Shown in pieces: positions 9,490 through 18,874 of a stretch of 64,000 nucleotides of DNA. Below the pieces are notes generated by a model that searched no databases, had not been told where the DNA came from, and saw only the letters and a program-made list of their open reading frames with translations. The position numbers and the translations under genes are program-made. The stretch's first letter is position 1. Each line of letters starts with the position of its first letter. This DNA comes from Chitinophagaceae bacterium BSSC1 (GTDB taxonomy: Bacteria > Bacteroidota > Bacteroidia > Chitinophagales > Chitinophagaceae), in contig NKJC01000002.1 of NCBI GenBank assembly GCA_002256435.1, positions 227,996 to 291,995 on the forward strand. Reading direction: 5' to 3'.

Positions 9490-10077
9490 ATGAAGAAGAT
9501 TGAACTGGAAATAGTGGCGCTATCGCACAGTATCACACAGACCCATTCCTATGCCGTGGTGCTGGGAGAATTAAATGGGTTGAGACGATTACCCATTGTG
9601 ATTGGAGGTTTTGAAGCTCAGGCCATTGCTGTGGCGCTGGAACACATGCAGCCTAGCCGTCCTTTGACACATGATCTAATGAAAAACTTCATGAATGCCT
9701 TTGCTGTTGAATTGCAAGAAGTAATTATCAGCGATTTACAAGAAGGCATCTTTTATTCCAAACTGGTTTGTTATACAGACAATGACACCGTAGAAATAGA
9801 CAGCAGAACCAGTGATGCGTTGGCTCTTGCAGTTCGTTTTGGTTGTCCTATTTACACTTATGAGCATATCTTAGAAAATGCGGGTATTCTAATGGAAGAC
9901 AATGGCACCAAAAAGGGCAAATCTGAATCAGTGGGTGCAGAAGAGTCTGCTTCTGATAGAGAAGACCTCAGCGGTTTGGGCATTGAAGAATTACAGGTTT
10001 TATTAAATGAAGTATTAGAACAAGAAGACTATATCCGCGCCATTGCTATCAGGGATGAGATCAATAAAAGAAAATAG
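9490..10077 (+). CDS. Bifunctional nuclease family protein (DUF151) with a C-terminal UVR-like motif
   Basis: 195 aa with the RLPIVIGGFEAQAI...RPLTHDL core and a C-terminal EDYIRAIAIRDEI UVR-like helix. Confidence 0.8.
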   Translation: MKKIELEIVALSHSITQTHSYAVVLGELNGLRRLPIVIGGFEAQAIAVALEHMQPSRPLTHDLMKNFMNAFAVELQEVIISDLQEGIFYSKLVCYTDNDTVEIDSRTSDALALAVRFGCPIYTYEHILENAGILMEDNGTKKGKSESVGAEESASDREDLSGLGIEELQVLLNEVLEQEDYIRAIAIRDEINKRK

Positions 10078-10088
10078 CCTACCCCATC

Positions 10089-10910
10089 ATGGTTTTATTT
10101 CCCAATTGCAAAATCAACCTAGGCTTGCACATCACCCGCAAAAGGGAAGACGGGTACCATGATTTGGAAACAGTCTTTTATCCTATTGGCATCAAAGACG
10201 TCCTTGAAATAATACACACGCCAAATCCCGAACAAGCATTCAGTTTTAGTAGTTCCGGTCTTGCCATTCAGGGTAACCCAACAGACAATCTTTGCGCCAA
10301 AGCCTATCAGTTATTAAAAAAAGACTTTCCCCAAATACCTTCTATTCAAATGCATCTACATAAGCAGATTCCCATGGGGGCTGGCTTAGGTGGTGGCAGT
10401 GCCGATGGGGCTTTTGCGTTAAAGCTTTTAAATCAACTTTTTCATTTAGGCATTTCCGAAGAACAATTAATTCTATACGCGTTGGAACTGGGTAGTGATT
10501 GTCCTTTTTTTATCATTAACCAAGCCTGCATAGGAAAAGGAAGAGGAGAATTATTGGAGAGATTGACACTTGATCTTAGTCAATACAAATTTTTGATAGT
10601 GAACCCTGGGATCCATATTGGCACAGGTTGGGCATTTGCTCAAATTACGCCAAAGCCAGTGGCTCACCCCTTGCACGAATTGATCAATCAACCCATAACT
10701 ACCTGGAAGGATTCATTAAGTAATGATTTTGAAGCCCCAGTAATGGCCGCTTACCCAGAAATTGCTCAGATTAAAAATGCTCTATACCAAGAAGGAGCAC
10801 TATATGCTTCCATGTCAGGAAGTGGTAGCACCCTCTATGGTATTTTTGAAAAAGGGTATTCCCCAAAGATTTCTTTTCCGGATCATTACATGACCGCTCT
10901 AGTAGATTAG
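10089..10910 (+). CDS. ispE: 4-diphosphocytidyl-2-C-methyl-D-erythritol kinase
   Basis: 273 aa in the GHMP kinase family. KINLGLHI is at the N-terminus, and the PMGAGLGGGSADGA motif is present. Confidence 0.9.
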   Translation: MVLFPNCKINLGLHITRKREDGYHDLETVFYPIGIKDVLEIIHTPNPEQAFSFSSSGLAIQGNPTDNLCAKAYQLLKKDFPQIPSIQMHLHKQIPMGAGLGGGSADGAFALKLLNQLFHLGISEEQLILYALELGSDCPFFIINQACIGKGRGELLERLTLDLSQYKFLIVNPGIHIGTGWAFAQITPKPVAHPLHELINQPITTWKDSLSNDFEAPVMAAYPEIAQIKNALYQEGALYASMSGSGSTLYGIFEKGYSPKISFPDHYMTALVD

Positions 10911-11063
10911 ATAATTTCTAACAAACAAGCTATTTCATTAGACAAAACCAACTATTATCTGTTAGTTTTGATAGAGTGTTTCTTAAATTGCGATTTATTT
11001 TGTAATTTGCCCCTATCGATTGCCCACCATTATATTTCCTGAATATTAATAATTCGGTTGCGT

Positions 11064-14000
11064 ATGCTTGACACAACAACCCAACAAGGATTATATGATC
11101 CTTCGTTTGAACATGACGCCTGTGGTATAGGTTTTGTAGCAAATATCAAGGGCAATAAATCGCATCAGCACATTTCTGATGCTTTGACCGTATTGGAAAA
11201 TATGGAACACCGTGGTGCCTGCGGTTGTGAAAACAATACCGGTGACGGAGCAGGGATCATGTTGCAAATGCCACATGAATTCTTCTTTGACGAGTGTATT
11301 AGCCTTGGCATTCATTTACCTTCCTATGGTAAATACGGTGTTGGATTTTTATTCTTCCCCAAGGAAATTCGTTTAAGAGAAGAGTGCAGAGACATTTTTA
11401 ATCGCGCAGCAGAAAAACTGGGATTAGAAATACTTGGCTATAGAAAAGTACCTGTAAACAGAACGGATATTGGACCTACTGCCCTTTCTGTAGAGCCTTG
11501 TATGGAGCAAGTATTTATTGCTTGTCCTGACCATATCAATGACCCTGAGGTATTTGAACGCAAACTATTTGTATTACGCAACTATTCCACACATACCATT
11601 CAGAACACGGTAAAAAAAGATGGCATTGGATTTTATCTTTCCTCTCTTTCTTATAAAACCATTGTCTATAAAGGCCAGTTAACCAGCTTACAGGTACGTG
11701 GCTATTTTCCAGACTTGAGTGACAAACGCGTGGTATCGGCCTTTGGCCTGGTACACAGCCGTTTTGCTACCAACACTTTCCCTTCTTGGAAACTAGCCCA
11801 ACCCTTCCGTTATATTGCCCACAATGGTGAGATCAATACCCTACAAGGAAATTTAAACTGGTTACGAACCAGTGAAAAAGGATTTACTTCTCCATTCTTC
11901 AGCAAGGAAGAAATGGATATGTTATTACCTATTGTAACTCCGGGTCAATCAGACAGTGCTAGCTTGGACAATATGATTGAGCTCTTAACCTTAACGGGCA
12001 GGTCTCTTCCTCATGTAATGATGATGCTGATTCCAGAAGCATGGGATGGCAATCATGATATGGACCCTATTAAAAAAGCCTTCTACGAATTCCATGCTTG
12101 CATGATGGAACCCTGGGATGGCCCGGCTTCTATTTCATTTACTGATGGAAAAATCATTGGCGCTACATTAGACAGAAATGGTCTGAGACCATCGCGCTAC
12201 TGCGTAACAACTGATGACCGTGTAATCATGGCCTCAGAAACAGGGGTTTTACCTATTGACCAATCTACCATTATTGAAAAAGGACGCTTACAACCAGGTA
12301 AGATGTTTGTGGTAGACATGGAACAAGGGCGCATTATCTCTGATGAAGAACTCAAACAAGAAATTTGCTCTCACAAACCTTATAACGAATGGTTGAACAA
12401 ATACAAGATTCGTCTGGAAGAATTACCAGAACCAAGGGTCATGTTTACCCATTTGGAACACGATCAAGTATTCAAATACCAAAAAGGATTTGGCTATAGC
12501 ACAGAAGACCTTGACAATATCATTGCACCAATGGCATTGGATGGCAAAGAGCCCATTGGCTCTATGGGAACCGATACCCCTTTAGCAGTATTGAGTGACG
12601 AACCACAGCATTTGAGCAGCTATTTTAAACAACTCTTTGCACAGGTAACCAACCCTCCAATTGATCCAATTAGGGAGAGGATGGTGATGTCTTTGGCTAC
12701 ATTTGCAGGTAGTACTGGTAACCTCTTAGTTGAAGACCCATTAGCTTGTCACGTAGTTGCATTGCAACACCCTGTTTTAAACAACCATGATTTAGAAAAA
12801 ATCAGAAGTATTGATACAGGTATCTTCCAAGCCAAAACACTTCAAACCTATTTTAGAGCAGATGGCAAACCAGGTTCTTTGAAAAAAGCTTTGGATCGTT
12901 TGTGCCGTTATGCAGTAGACGCTGTAGAAGATGGTTTTGAAGTAATCATTCTAACAGACCGTGCCATTGACTCCGACCACGCTCCTATCCCTTCACTTTT
13001 AGCAACTGCAGCAGTACACCACCACCTAATCCGCAAAGGCTATCGTGGACAGGTTGGGATTATTGTAGAAGCTGGTGATGTTTGGGAAGTGCATCATTTT
13101 GCATGTTTGATAGGCTTTGGCGCAACAGCTATCAACCCCTATTTAGCACTGTCTACTATTAGAGACATGAAGATTTCAGGCAAGATCAATACAGACTTGG
13201 ATCCTGAATACCTAAAGAAAAATTACATCAAAGCAGTAAATGAAGGATTGCTAAAAGTGTTCTCTAAAATGGGCATTTCTACTTTGCAATCATACCAAGG
13301 CGCACAGATTTTTGAAATCATTGGACTTAATAGAGAAGTGGTAGACTTATATTTTACTGGTGCTACTTCTAGAATTGAAGGAATGGGTCTTGATGAAATT
13401 GCAAAAGAAACCCTGTCCAAACATTTCTTTGCGTTTAGTAAAAAAGAAATTCCTGTAGACCGCTTACCAGTAGGTGGGCTTTACCAATGGAAACGCAAAG
13501 GAGAATTTCACCTTTTCAATCCTCAAACCATCCACTTGTTGCAGCATAGCACTAAGATGAATGATTATGATACTTTTAAAAAGTATAGCAAATTGGTGAA
13601 TGACCAGTCTGTTAGGGCCTGCACCATTCGTAGTCAATTCCAATTTAAACCTACTAGACCTTCTATCTCTATTGATGAAGTAGAATCAGCAGAAAATATC
13701 TACAAACGTTTTGCATCAGGCGCCATGTCATTTGGTTCCATTTCTTGGGAAGCGCATACCACATTAGCTATCGCGATGAATAGGCTTGGCGGTAAAAGCA
13801 ATACAGGAGAAGGCGGAGAAGACGAAATTCGTTTTGAGAAAATGGCCAATGGAGACAGCATGCGCTCTGCCATTAAGCAGGTTGCATCGGCTAGGTTTGG
13901 TGTTACTAGTTATTATTTAACAGAGGCTGACGAATTGCAAATTAAAATGGCACAGGGAGCCAAGCCTGGAGAAGGTGGACAATTACCTGGCCATAAAGTA

Positions 14001-15593
14001 GACGATTGGATTGGTAAAACCAGACATAGCACACCCGGAGTTGGTTTAATCTCACCTCCTCCTCACCATGATATTTATTCTATTGAAGATTTGGCTCAAT
14101 TGATTTTTGACTTGAAGAATGCCAATCGCGCAGCAAGAATAAACGTAAAACTGGTTTCAAAAGCTGGAGTAGGTACCATTGCTGCTGGTGTGGCTAAGGC
14201 CAAGGCCGATGTAGTCTTGATCTCTGGCTTTGATGGAGGTACTGGAGCATCACCTATTAGCTCTATCAAACACGCGGGCCTGCCTTGGGAATTAGGTTTA
14301 GCAGAAGCGCATCAAACACTGGTTAAGAATAAGTTACGTGGCCGCGTGGTAGTACAAGCCGATGGTCAAATGAAGACCGGAAGAGATATTGCTATTGCCG
14401 CTTTATTAGGAGCAGAAGAATGGGGTGTTGCAACAGCAGCTTTGATTGTTGAGGGTTGTATTATGATGCGCAAATGCCATTTGAATACCTGCCCAGTAGG
14501 TGTAGCCACCCAAGATCCTGAACTACGCAAACGCTTTAAAGGAGACCCCGATCATATTGTCAATTTCTTCAAATTTATAACCGAAGAATTGCGCGAGATT
14601 ATGGCCGAATTGGGTTATCGCACAGTGAACGAAATGATTGGCCAGGTTGAGAATCTTGAAATGAGAGAAGGTATCACCCATTGGAAATACAGTAAACTTG
14701 ACCTCTCTCCTATCTTATACAAAGAGCCTGCTTCTGAAGATACCAGCTTATACAATCAAGAGAAACAAGACCATGGTATTAGTGAAGTATTGGATTGGCA
14801 ATTACTAAAAATTGCGCAAGCTGCTATAGACAACAAACAAAGAGTGGAAGGCAGTTTTGAGATCAAGAATACAGATAGAACTGTTGGTACGATTGTTTCT
14901 AATGAGATTACTAAAAAGTACAAAGCAGCAGGTCTTCCAGATGATACCATTCATTTTAATTTCAGGGGAACCGCTGGTCAAAGCTTTGGCGCCTTTAATG
15001 CCAAGGGAATTACCCATGAATTAGAAGGTGATGCCAATGACTATTTTGGAAAAGGATTGAGTGGCGCTAAACTAATTGTATACCCTGACCGCACTGGCAG
15101 TTTTATACCTGAAGAAAATATCATCATTGGAAACGTGGCATTCTATGGCGCTACTACAGGCGAAGCATATATCCGCGGTAAAGCAGGTGAACGATTCTGC
15201 GTAAGAAACTCAGGCGCACAAGTGGTAGTTGAAGGCGTTGGTGATCATGGTTGTGAATACATGACAGGTGGTGTTGCAGTGATTCTTGGCAGCACAGGTA
15301 GAAACTTTGCCGCAGGCATGAGTGGTGGCGTAGCTTATATCTATGATCTTGACAACAGTTTTGCTAGCAAGTGCAATATGGAAATGGTAGACCTTGACCC
15401 ACTGGATCAAGAAGACGCCAGCATATTGAATGACCTGATTACCAAACACTATGCACATACCGCTAGCAAAGTGGCCAAATTTGTCTTGGACGATTTTGAC
15501 AACCAACTGAAACAATTCATTAAAGTATTCCCTAAGGATTATAAAAAAGTTGTTTTAGATAAAAAGAAAAACGGCGTAGCCACAGGTAAATAA
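11064..15593 (+). CDS. gltB: Glutamate synthase large subunit
   Basis: About 1509 aa from ATG 11064 (the track starts at TTG 11058). The Ntn Cys lies in ...FEHDA/CGIGF after a short propeptide, followed by FMN/Fe-S and GXGXG domains. Confidence 0.95.
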   Translation: MLDTTTQQGLYDPSFEHDACGIGFVANIKGNKSHQHISDALTVLENMEHRGACGCENNTGDGAGIMLQMPHEFFFDECISLGIHLPSYGKYGVGFLFFPKEIRLREECRDIFNRAAEKLGLEILGYRKVPVNRTDIGPTALSVEPCMEQVFIACPDHINDPEVFERKLFVLRNYSTHTIQNTVKKDGIGFYLSSLSYKTIVYKGQLTSLQVRGYFPDLSDKRVVSAFGLVHSRFATNTFPSWKLAQPFRYIAHNGEINTLQGNLNWLRTSEKGFTSPFFSKEEMDMLLPIVTPGQSDSASLDNMIELLTLTGRSLPHVMMMLIPEAWDGNHDMDPIKKAFYEFHACMMEPWDGPASISFTDGKIIGATLDRNGLRPSRYCVTTDDRVIMASETGVLPIDQSTIIEKGRLQPGKMFVVDMEQGRIISDEELKQEICSHKPYNEWLNKYKIRLEELPEPRVMFTHLEHDQVFKYQKGFGYSTEDLDNIIAPMALDGKEPIGSMGTDTPLAVLSDEPQHLSSYFKQLFAQVTNPPIDPIRERMVMSLATFAGSTGNLLVEDPLACHVVALQHPVLNNHDLEKIRSIDTGIFQAKTLQTYFRADGKPGSLKKALDRLCRYAVDAVEDGFEVIILTDRAIDSDHAPIPSLLATAAVHHHLIRKGYRGQVGIIVEAGDVWEVHHFACLIGFGATAINPYLALSTIRDMKISGKINTDLDPEYLKKNYIKAVNEGLLKVFSKMGISTLQSYQGAQIFEIIGLNREVVDLYFTGATSRIEGMGLDEIAKETLSKHFFAFSKKEIPVDRLPVGGLYQWKRKGEFHLFNPQTIHLLQHSTKMNDYDTFKKYSKLVNDQSVRACTIRSQFQFKPTRPSISIDEVESAENIYKRFASGAMSFGSISWEAHTTLAIAMNRLGGKSNTGEGGEDEIRFEKMANGDSMRSAIKQVASARFGVTSYYLTEADELQIKMAQGAKPGEGGQLPGHKVDDWIGKTRHSTPGVGLISPPPHHDIYSIEDLAQLIFDLKNANRAARINVKLVSKAGVGTIAAGVAKAKADVVLISGFDGGTGASPISSIKHAGLPWELGLAEAHQTLVKNKLRGRVVVQADGQMKTGRDIAIAALLGAEEWGVATAALIVEGCIMMRKCHLNTCPVGVATQDPELRKRFKGDPDHIVNFFKFITEELREIMAELGYRTVNEMIGQVENLEMREGITHWKYSKLDLSPILYKEPASEDTSLYNQEKQDHGISEVLDWQLLKIAQAAIDNKQRVEGSFEIKNTDRTVGTIVSNEITKKYKAAGLPDDTIHFNFRGTAGQSFGAFNAKGITHELEGDANDYFGKGLSGAKLIVYPDRTGSFIPEENIIIGNVAFYGATTGEAYIRGKAGERFCVRNSGAQVVVEGVGDHGCEYMTGGVAVILGSTGRNFAAGMSGGVAYIYDLDNSFASKCNMEMVDLDPLDQEDASILNDLITKHYAHTASKVAKFVLDDFDNQLKQFIKVFPKDYKKVVLDKKKNGVATGK

Positions 15594-15614
15594 ACAAAGC
15601 GAAAACCTATTATT

Positions 15615-17087
15615 ATGGGCAAACCAACCGGATTTATAGAATTCACCAGAGAACTTCCAGGCAAAAGAGCCGTTTCAGAAAGACTGAAGGATTACAATGA
15701 ATTTGTTCAAAGACTTCCTGAAGAAAAACTAAACCAACAATCTGGTCGCTGCATGAATTGCGGTGTCCCCTTCTGTCATAGCGGATGCCCCTTGGGTAAT
15801 GTGATTCCAGAATTTAATGATGCTGTTTACAAAAAAAGTTGGGCTGAAGCTTATGATATTTTAAGCTCCACCAATAATTTCCCTGAATTCACGGGAAGAA
15901 TCTGTCCCGCACCTTGCGAAAGCGCTTGCGTTCTTGGTATTAATCAACCTCCTGTAACTATTGAGGAAATTGAAAAGCATATTATTGAAATTGCATTTGA
16001 CAAAGGTTTTGTAAAAGCTAGAAAGCCCAATCTTAGATCCGGCAAAAAAGTGGCCGTAATTGGATCTGGCCCTTCAGGATTGGCAGCAGCCGCTCAATTA
16101 AATTATGCCGGACATCAAGTTACTGTTTACGAAAGAGACGACGCCCCTGGTGGTCTATTACGTTATGGTATACCAGATTTCAAATTGGAAAAATGGGTCA
16201 TTGACCGCAGGGTAAAACTCATGGAAGAAGAAGGCGTTACATTTAAATGCAATGCCAATGTGGGTGTTAATATCAGCATCAATGATTTATTAAGAGAGAA
16301 CAATGCCATTGTTTTAGCAGGCGGTAGTACCGTACCACGTAACCTCAATATTCCAGGCAGAGAACTCAATGGCGTCCATTTTGCTATGGACTTTTTAAAA
16401 CAACAGAATAAAAGGGTTGCCAACCGTCCAGTAGAAGTTGCTGAATTATTAGCTTCTAATAAAGACGTAGTGGTAATTGGCGGTGGAGATACCGGAAGCG
16501 ACTGCGTTGGCACTTCTAATAGACAGGGTGCTAATTCTGTAACCCAATTTGAATTACTTCCCAAGCCCCCAGAGAGCAGAACTACTTATATGCCTTGGCC
16601 AACCTACCCCATGACATTAAAAACATCCTCATCTCATGATGAAGGTGCTAATAGACAATGGGCTATTGCTACCAAAGCTTTTATTGGTGATGAACAAGGT
16701 AATTTAAAAGCACTTAGGATTGTTGACCTAGAATGGACAAGCAGCGCTGATGGTAGACCTGCTAAGTTCACCGAAAGAGCCGATAGCGAAAGAGAGATCC
16801 CTTGCCAATTAGCCCTCTTGGCCATGGGTTTTTTACATCCTCAACACGATGGTTTAATTCATCAGTTAGGCGTTGAACTGGATGAAAGAGGAAATGTAAA
16901 AGCCGACGAAAAAGGCTTTCAAACCAATATACAGAAAATATTTACCGCAGGTGATATGCGCAGAGGACAGTCTTTAGTTGTCTGGGCCATTAGCGAAGGA
17001 AGAGAAGCAGCCAGAAAAGTAGACGAATACCTAATGGGACAATCACAATTAGAAACAAAAGACCATAGTTACGTGGTAAACAGATAG
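15615..17087 (+). CDS. gltD: Glutamate synthase small subunit (NADPH)
   Basis: 490 aa with Cys clusters (CMNCGVPFC, CPAPCESAC) and GSGPSGLAAA dinucleotide folds. Confidence 0.95.
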   Translation: MGKPTGFIEFTRELPGKRAVSERLKDYNEFVQRLPEEKLNQQSGRCMNCGVPFCHSGCPLGNVIPEFNDAVYKKSWAEAYDILSSTNNFPEFTGRICPAPCESACVLGINQPPVTIEEIEKHIIEIAFDKGFVKARKPNLRSGKKVAVIGSGPSGLAAAAQLNYAGHQVTVYERDDAPGGLLRYGIPDFKLEKWVIDRRVKLMEEEGVTFKCNANVGVNISINDLLRENNAIVLAGGSTVPRNLNIPGRELNGVHFAMDFLKQQNKRVANRPVEVAELLASNKDVVVIGGGDTGSDCVGTSNRQGANSVTQFELLPKPPESRTTYMPWPTYPMTLKTSSSHDEGANRQWAIATKAFIGDEQGNLKALRIVDLEWTSSADGRPAKFTERADSEREIPCQLALLAMGFLHPQHDGLIHQLGVELDERGNVKADEKGFQTNIQKIFTAGDMRRGQSLVVWAISEGREAARKVDEYLMGQSQLETKDHSYVVNR

Positions 17088-17111
17088 TATTATTTTATTT
17101 TACAATAGCTT

Positions 17112-17149
17112 AAGCCCGTTTGATGAAAAATCAAACGGGCTTCTTTTTA
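17112..17149 (+). terminator. Rho-independent terminator after gltD
   Basis: AAGCCCGTTTGAT / ATCAAACGGGCTT forms a 13-bp stem with loop GAAAA, followed by CTTTTTATT. Confidence 0.75.
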
Positions 17150-17326
17150 TTCAGATATTTTCTAAGAAAATGCCGGAATTTCAATCATTTATATAAATAA
17201 TTGGACTATTTATTCACATTATATTTTATTATATATACTTAAAGTGTTCTGTTTTGGCAAATATTTTCCTATTTTAGCATTGTAAAGATTGTATTAATAA
17301 TTATTTCTATACCAAAACAAACCTCA

Positions 17327-18673
17327 ATGAAAAAACTGTCATTACAAAACACCATCCCGTTTTTATTGCTGCTAGTTGTTGCAATTGCTGCAATTTTTAT
17401 TCCTTCACTACCAGCTTTTGATGATGCCGGCAAATACAGTGCCGCCGACATTACTTGGATGTTAGTATCCACTGCTTTAGTGTTCTTAATGACTCCTGCT
17501 CTTGCCTTCTTTTACGGAGGTATGGTACACCGCAAAAACATCCTTTCTACTATGATGAAAAGTATGGTTGCCACAGGTGTGGTATCTGTAGTTTGGGTAG
17601 TAGTAGGTTATAGCCTTTGCTTTGGTGATACCATTGGAGGTTTTATTGGTAATCCTACCACTCACTTTATGTTCAAAGGAGTTGTTTCTGGAGCACCTTG
17701 GAGTCTTGCACCTACCATTCCATTGTCTCTTTTTGCTTTATTCCAATTAATGTTTGCCATTATCACCCCAGGTTTGGTGGTTGGAGCAGTTGCAGAGCGT
17801 ATTCGCTTTGCTTCTTACACATTGTTTATCATTTTATTTAGTCTTTTAGTATATGCTCCAATTGCACATTGGACTTGGCATCCAGAAGGATTCTTGTTCA
17901 AAATGGGTGCTTTGGATTTTGCCGGCGGTACAGTAGTACATATTTCCGCAGGTTGTGCTGCATTGGCTGGTGCATTGGTTTTAAAGCGCCGTCAATCTCA
18001 TATTGAACAACAAGAAGTTCCTCCTGCAAATATTCCTTATGTTTTGATTGGTACTGGTTTGCTCTGGTTTGGTTGGTTCGGATTTAATGCAGGATCTGCC
18101 GTAGGAGCTGGTGGACTTGCTGTATCTGCATTTGCTACAACTAATACCGCGGCTGCAGCTGCTGGTTTGTCTTGGATGTTTTTTGACGTTCTTCGTGGTA
18201 AAAAACCTTCTGTACTTGGATTCTGTATTGGTGCAGTTGTAGGTTTGGTTGCTATTACACCAGCTGCTGGTTTTGTAGCTATTCCACAAAGTATCTTTAT
18301 TGGTTTTACAGCTGCCATTATCTCTAATTTGGCTGCTCACTACAAAAGCAAATCTTCTTTGGATGATACCCTTGACGTATTTCCTTGCCATGGTGTTGGT
18401 GGTATGGTAGGTATGTTGATGACTGGTATTTTTGCAACAAAAACCGTAAACGGCGCTGGAGCTGATGGTTTATTGTATGGCAATGCCTCTTTCTTCTTTA
18501 TTCAAGTTAAAGCCTTGTTGATTGTAGTTGCTTACAGCTTTATTGTATCATTCTTGATCTTTAAGTTCATCAACCTAGTATTACCAATGCGTGTATCTAC
18601 CGAAGATGAAGCACTTGGTTTGGATGCTACACAACACAATGAAAAATACGGTAGAAGGCCTGAATTGGCATAG
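17327..18673 (+). CDS. amt: Ammonium transporter
   Basis: 448 aa in the Amt/MEP family (DFAGGTVVHISAG, FGWFGFNAGS motifs). Confidence 0.95.
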   Translation: MKKLSLQNTIPFLLLLVVAIAAIFIPSLPAFDDAGKYSAADITWMLVSTALVFLMTPALAFFYGGMVHRKNILSTMMKSMVATGVVSVVWVVVGYSLCFGDTIGGFIGNPTTHFMFKGVVSGAPWSLAPTIPLSLFALFQLMFAIITPGLVVGAVAERIRFASYTLFIILFSLLVYAPIAHWTWHPEGFLFKMGALDFAGGTVVHISAGCAALAGALVLKRRQSHIEQQEVPPANIPYVLIGTGLLWFGWFGFNAGSAVGAGGLAVSAFATTNTAAAAAGLSWMFFDVLRGKKPSVLGFCIGAVVGLVAITPAAGFVAIPQSIFIGFTAAIISNLAAHYKSKSSLDDTLDVFPCHGVGGMVGMLMTGIFATKTVNGAGADGLLYGNASFFFIQVKALLIVVAYSFIVSFLIFKFINLVLPMRVSTEDEALGLDATQHNEKYGRRPELA

Positions 18674-18736
18674 TCTATTCGTACTTAGATTTAATTTCTT
18701 TGGTTGTCTATTCTAGACACCTAGTTACATAAAAAA

Positions 18737-18772
18737 ACGGTCAATAAACTTCTGACCAAGTTTATTGACCGT
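18737..18772. repeat. Hairpin copy 1 (15-bp perfect stem, CTGACC loop) carrying a 22-nt core repeat
   Basis: ACGGTCAATAAACTT-CTGACC-AAGTTTATTGACCGT. The core AATAAACTTCTGACCAAGTTTA is at 18743-18764. An A7 run lies on the 5' side. Confidence 0.8.
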
Positions 18773-18802
18773 TCTCTCACAGATTGCAATCTTAAAAAAT
18801 AA

Positions 18803-18848
18803 GGTACAGCCATTTAATAAACTTCTGACCAAGTTTAAAGGCTGTACC
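18803..18848. repeat. Hairpin copy 2 carrying the same 22-nt core and CTGACC loop
   Basis: GGTACAGCC...AAACTT-CTGACC-AAGTTT...GGCTGTACC. The identical core is at 18816-18837. Confidence 0.8.
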
Positions 18849-18874
18849 TATTCTTAATCATAAAACCAATAGCA

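Noticed and set aside
17255-17269. Sigma-54 promoter-like TGGCAA-N5-TTCC upstream of amt
   Set aside because: The -24 GG is present, but the -12 element reads TTCC rather than TTGC, so the critical GC dinucleotide is missing. It is not supportable as a sigma-54 promoter from sequence alone.
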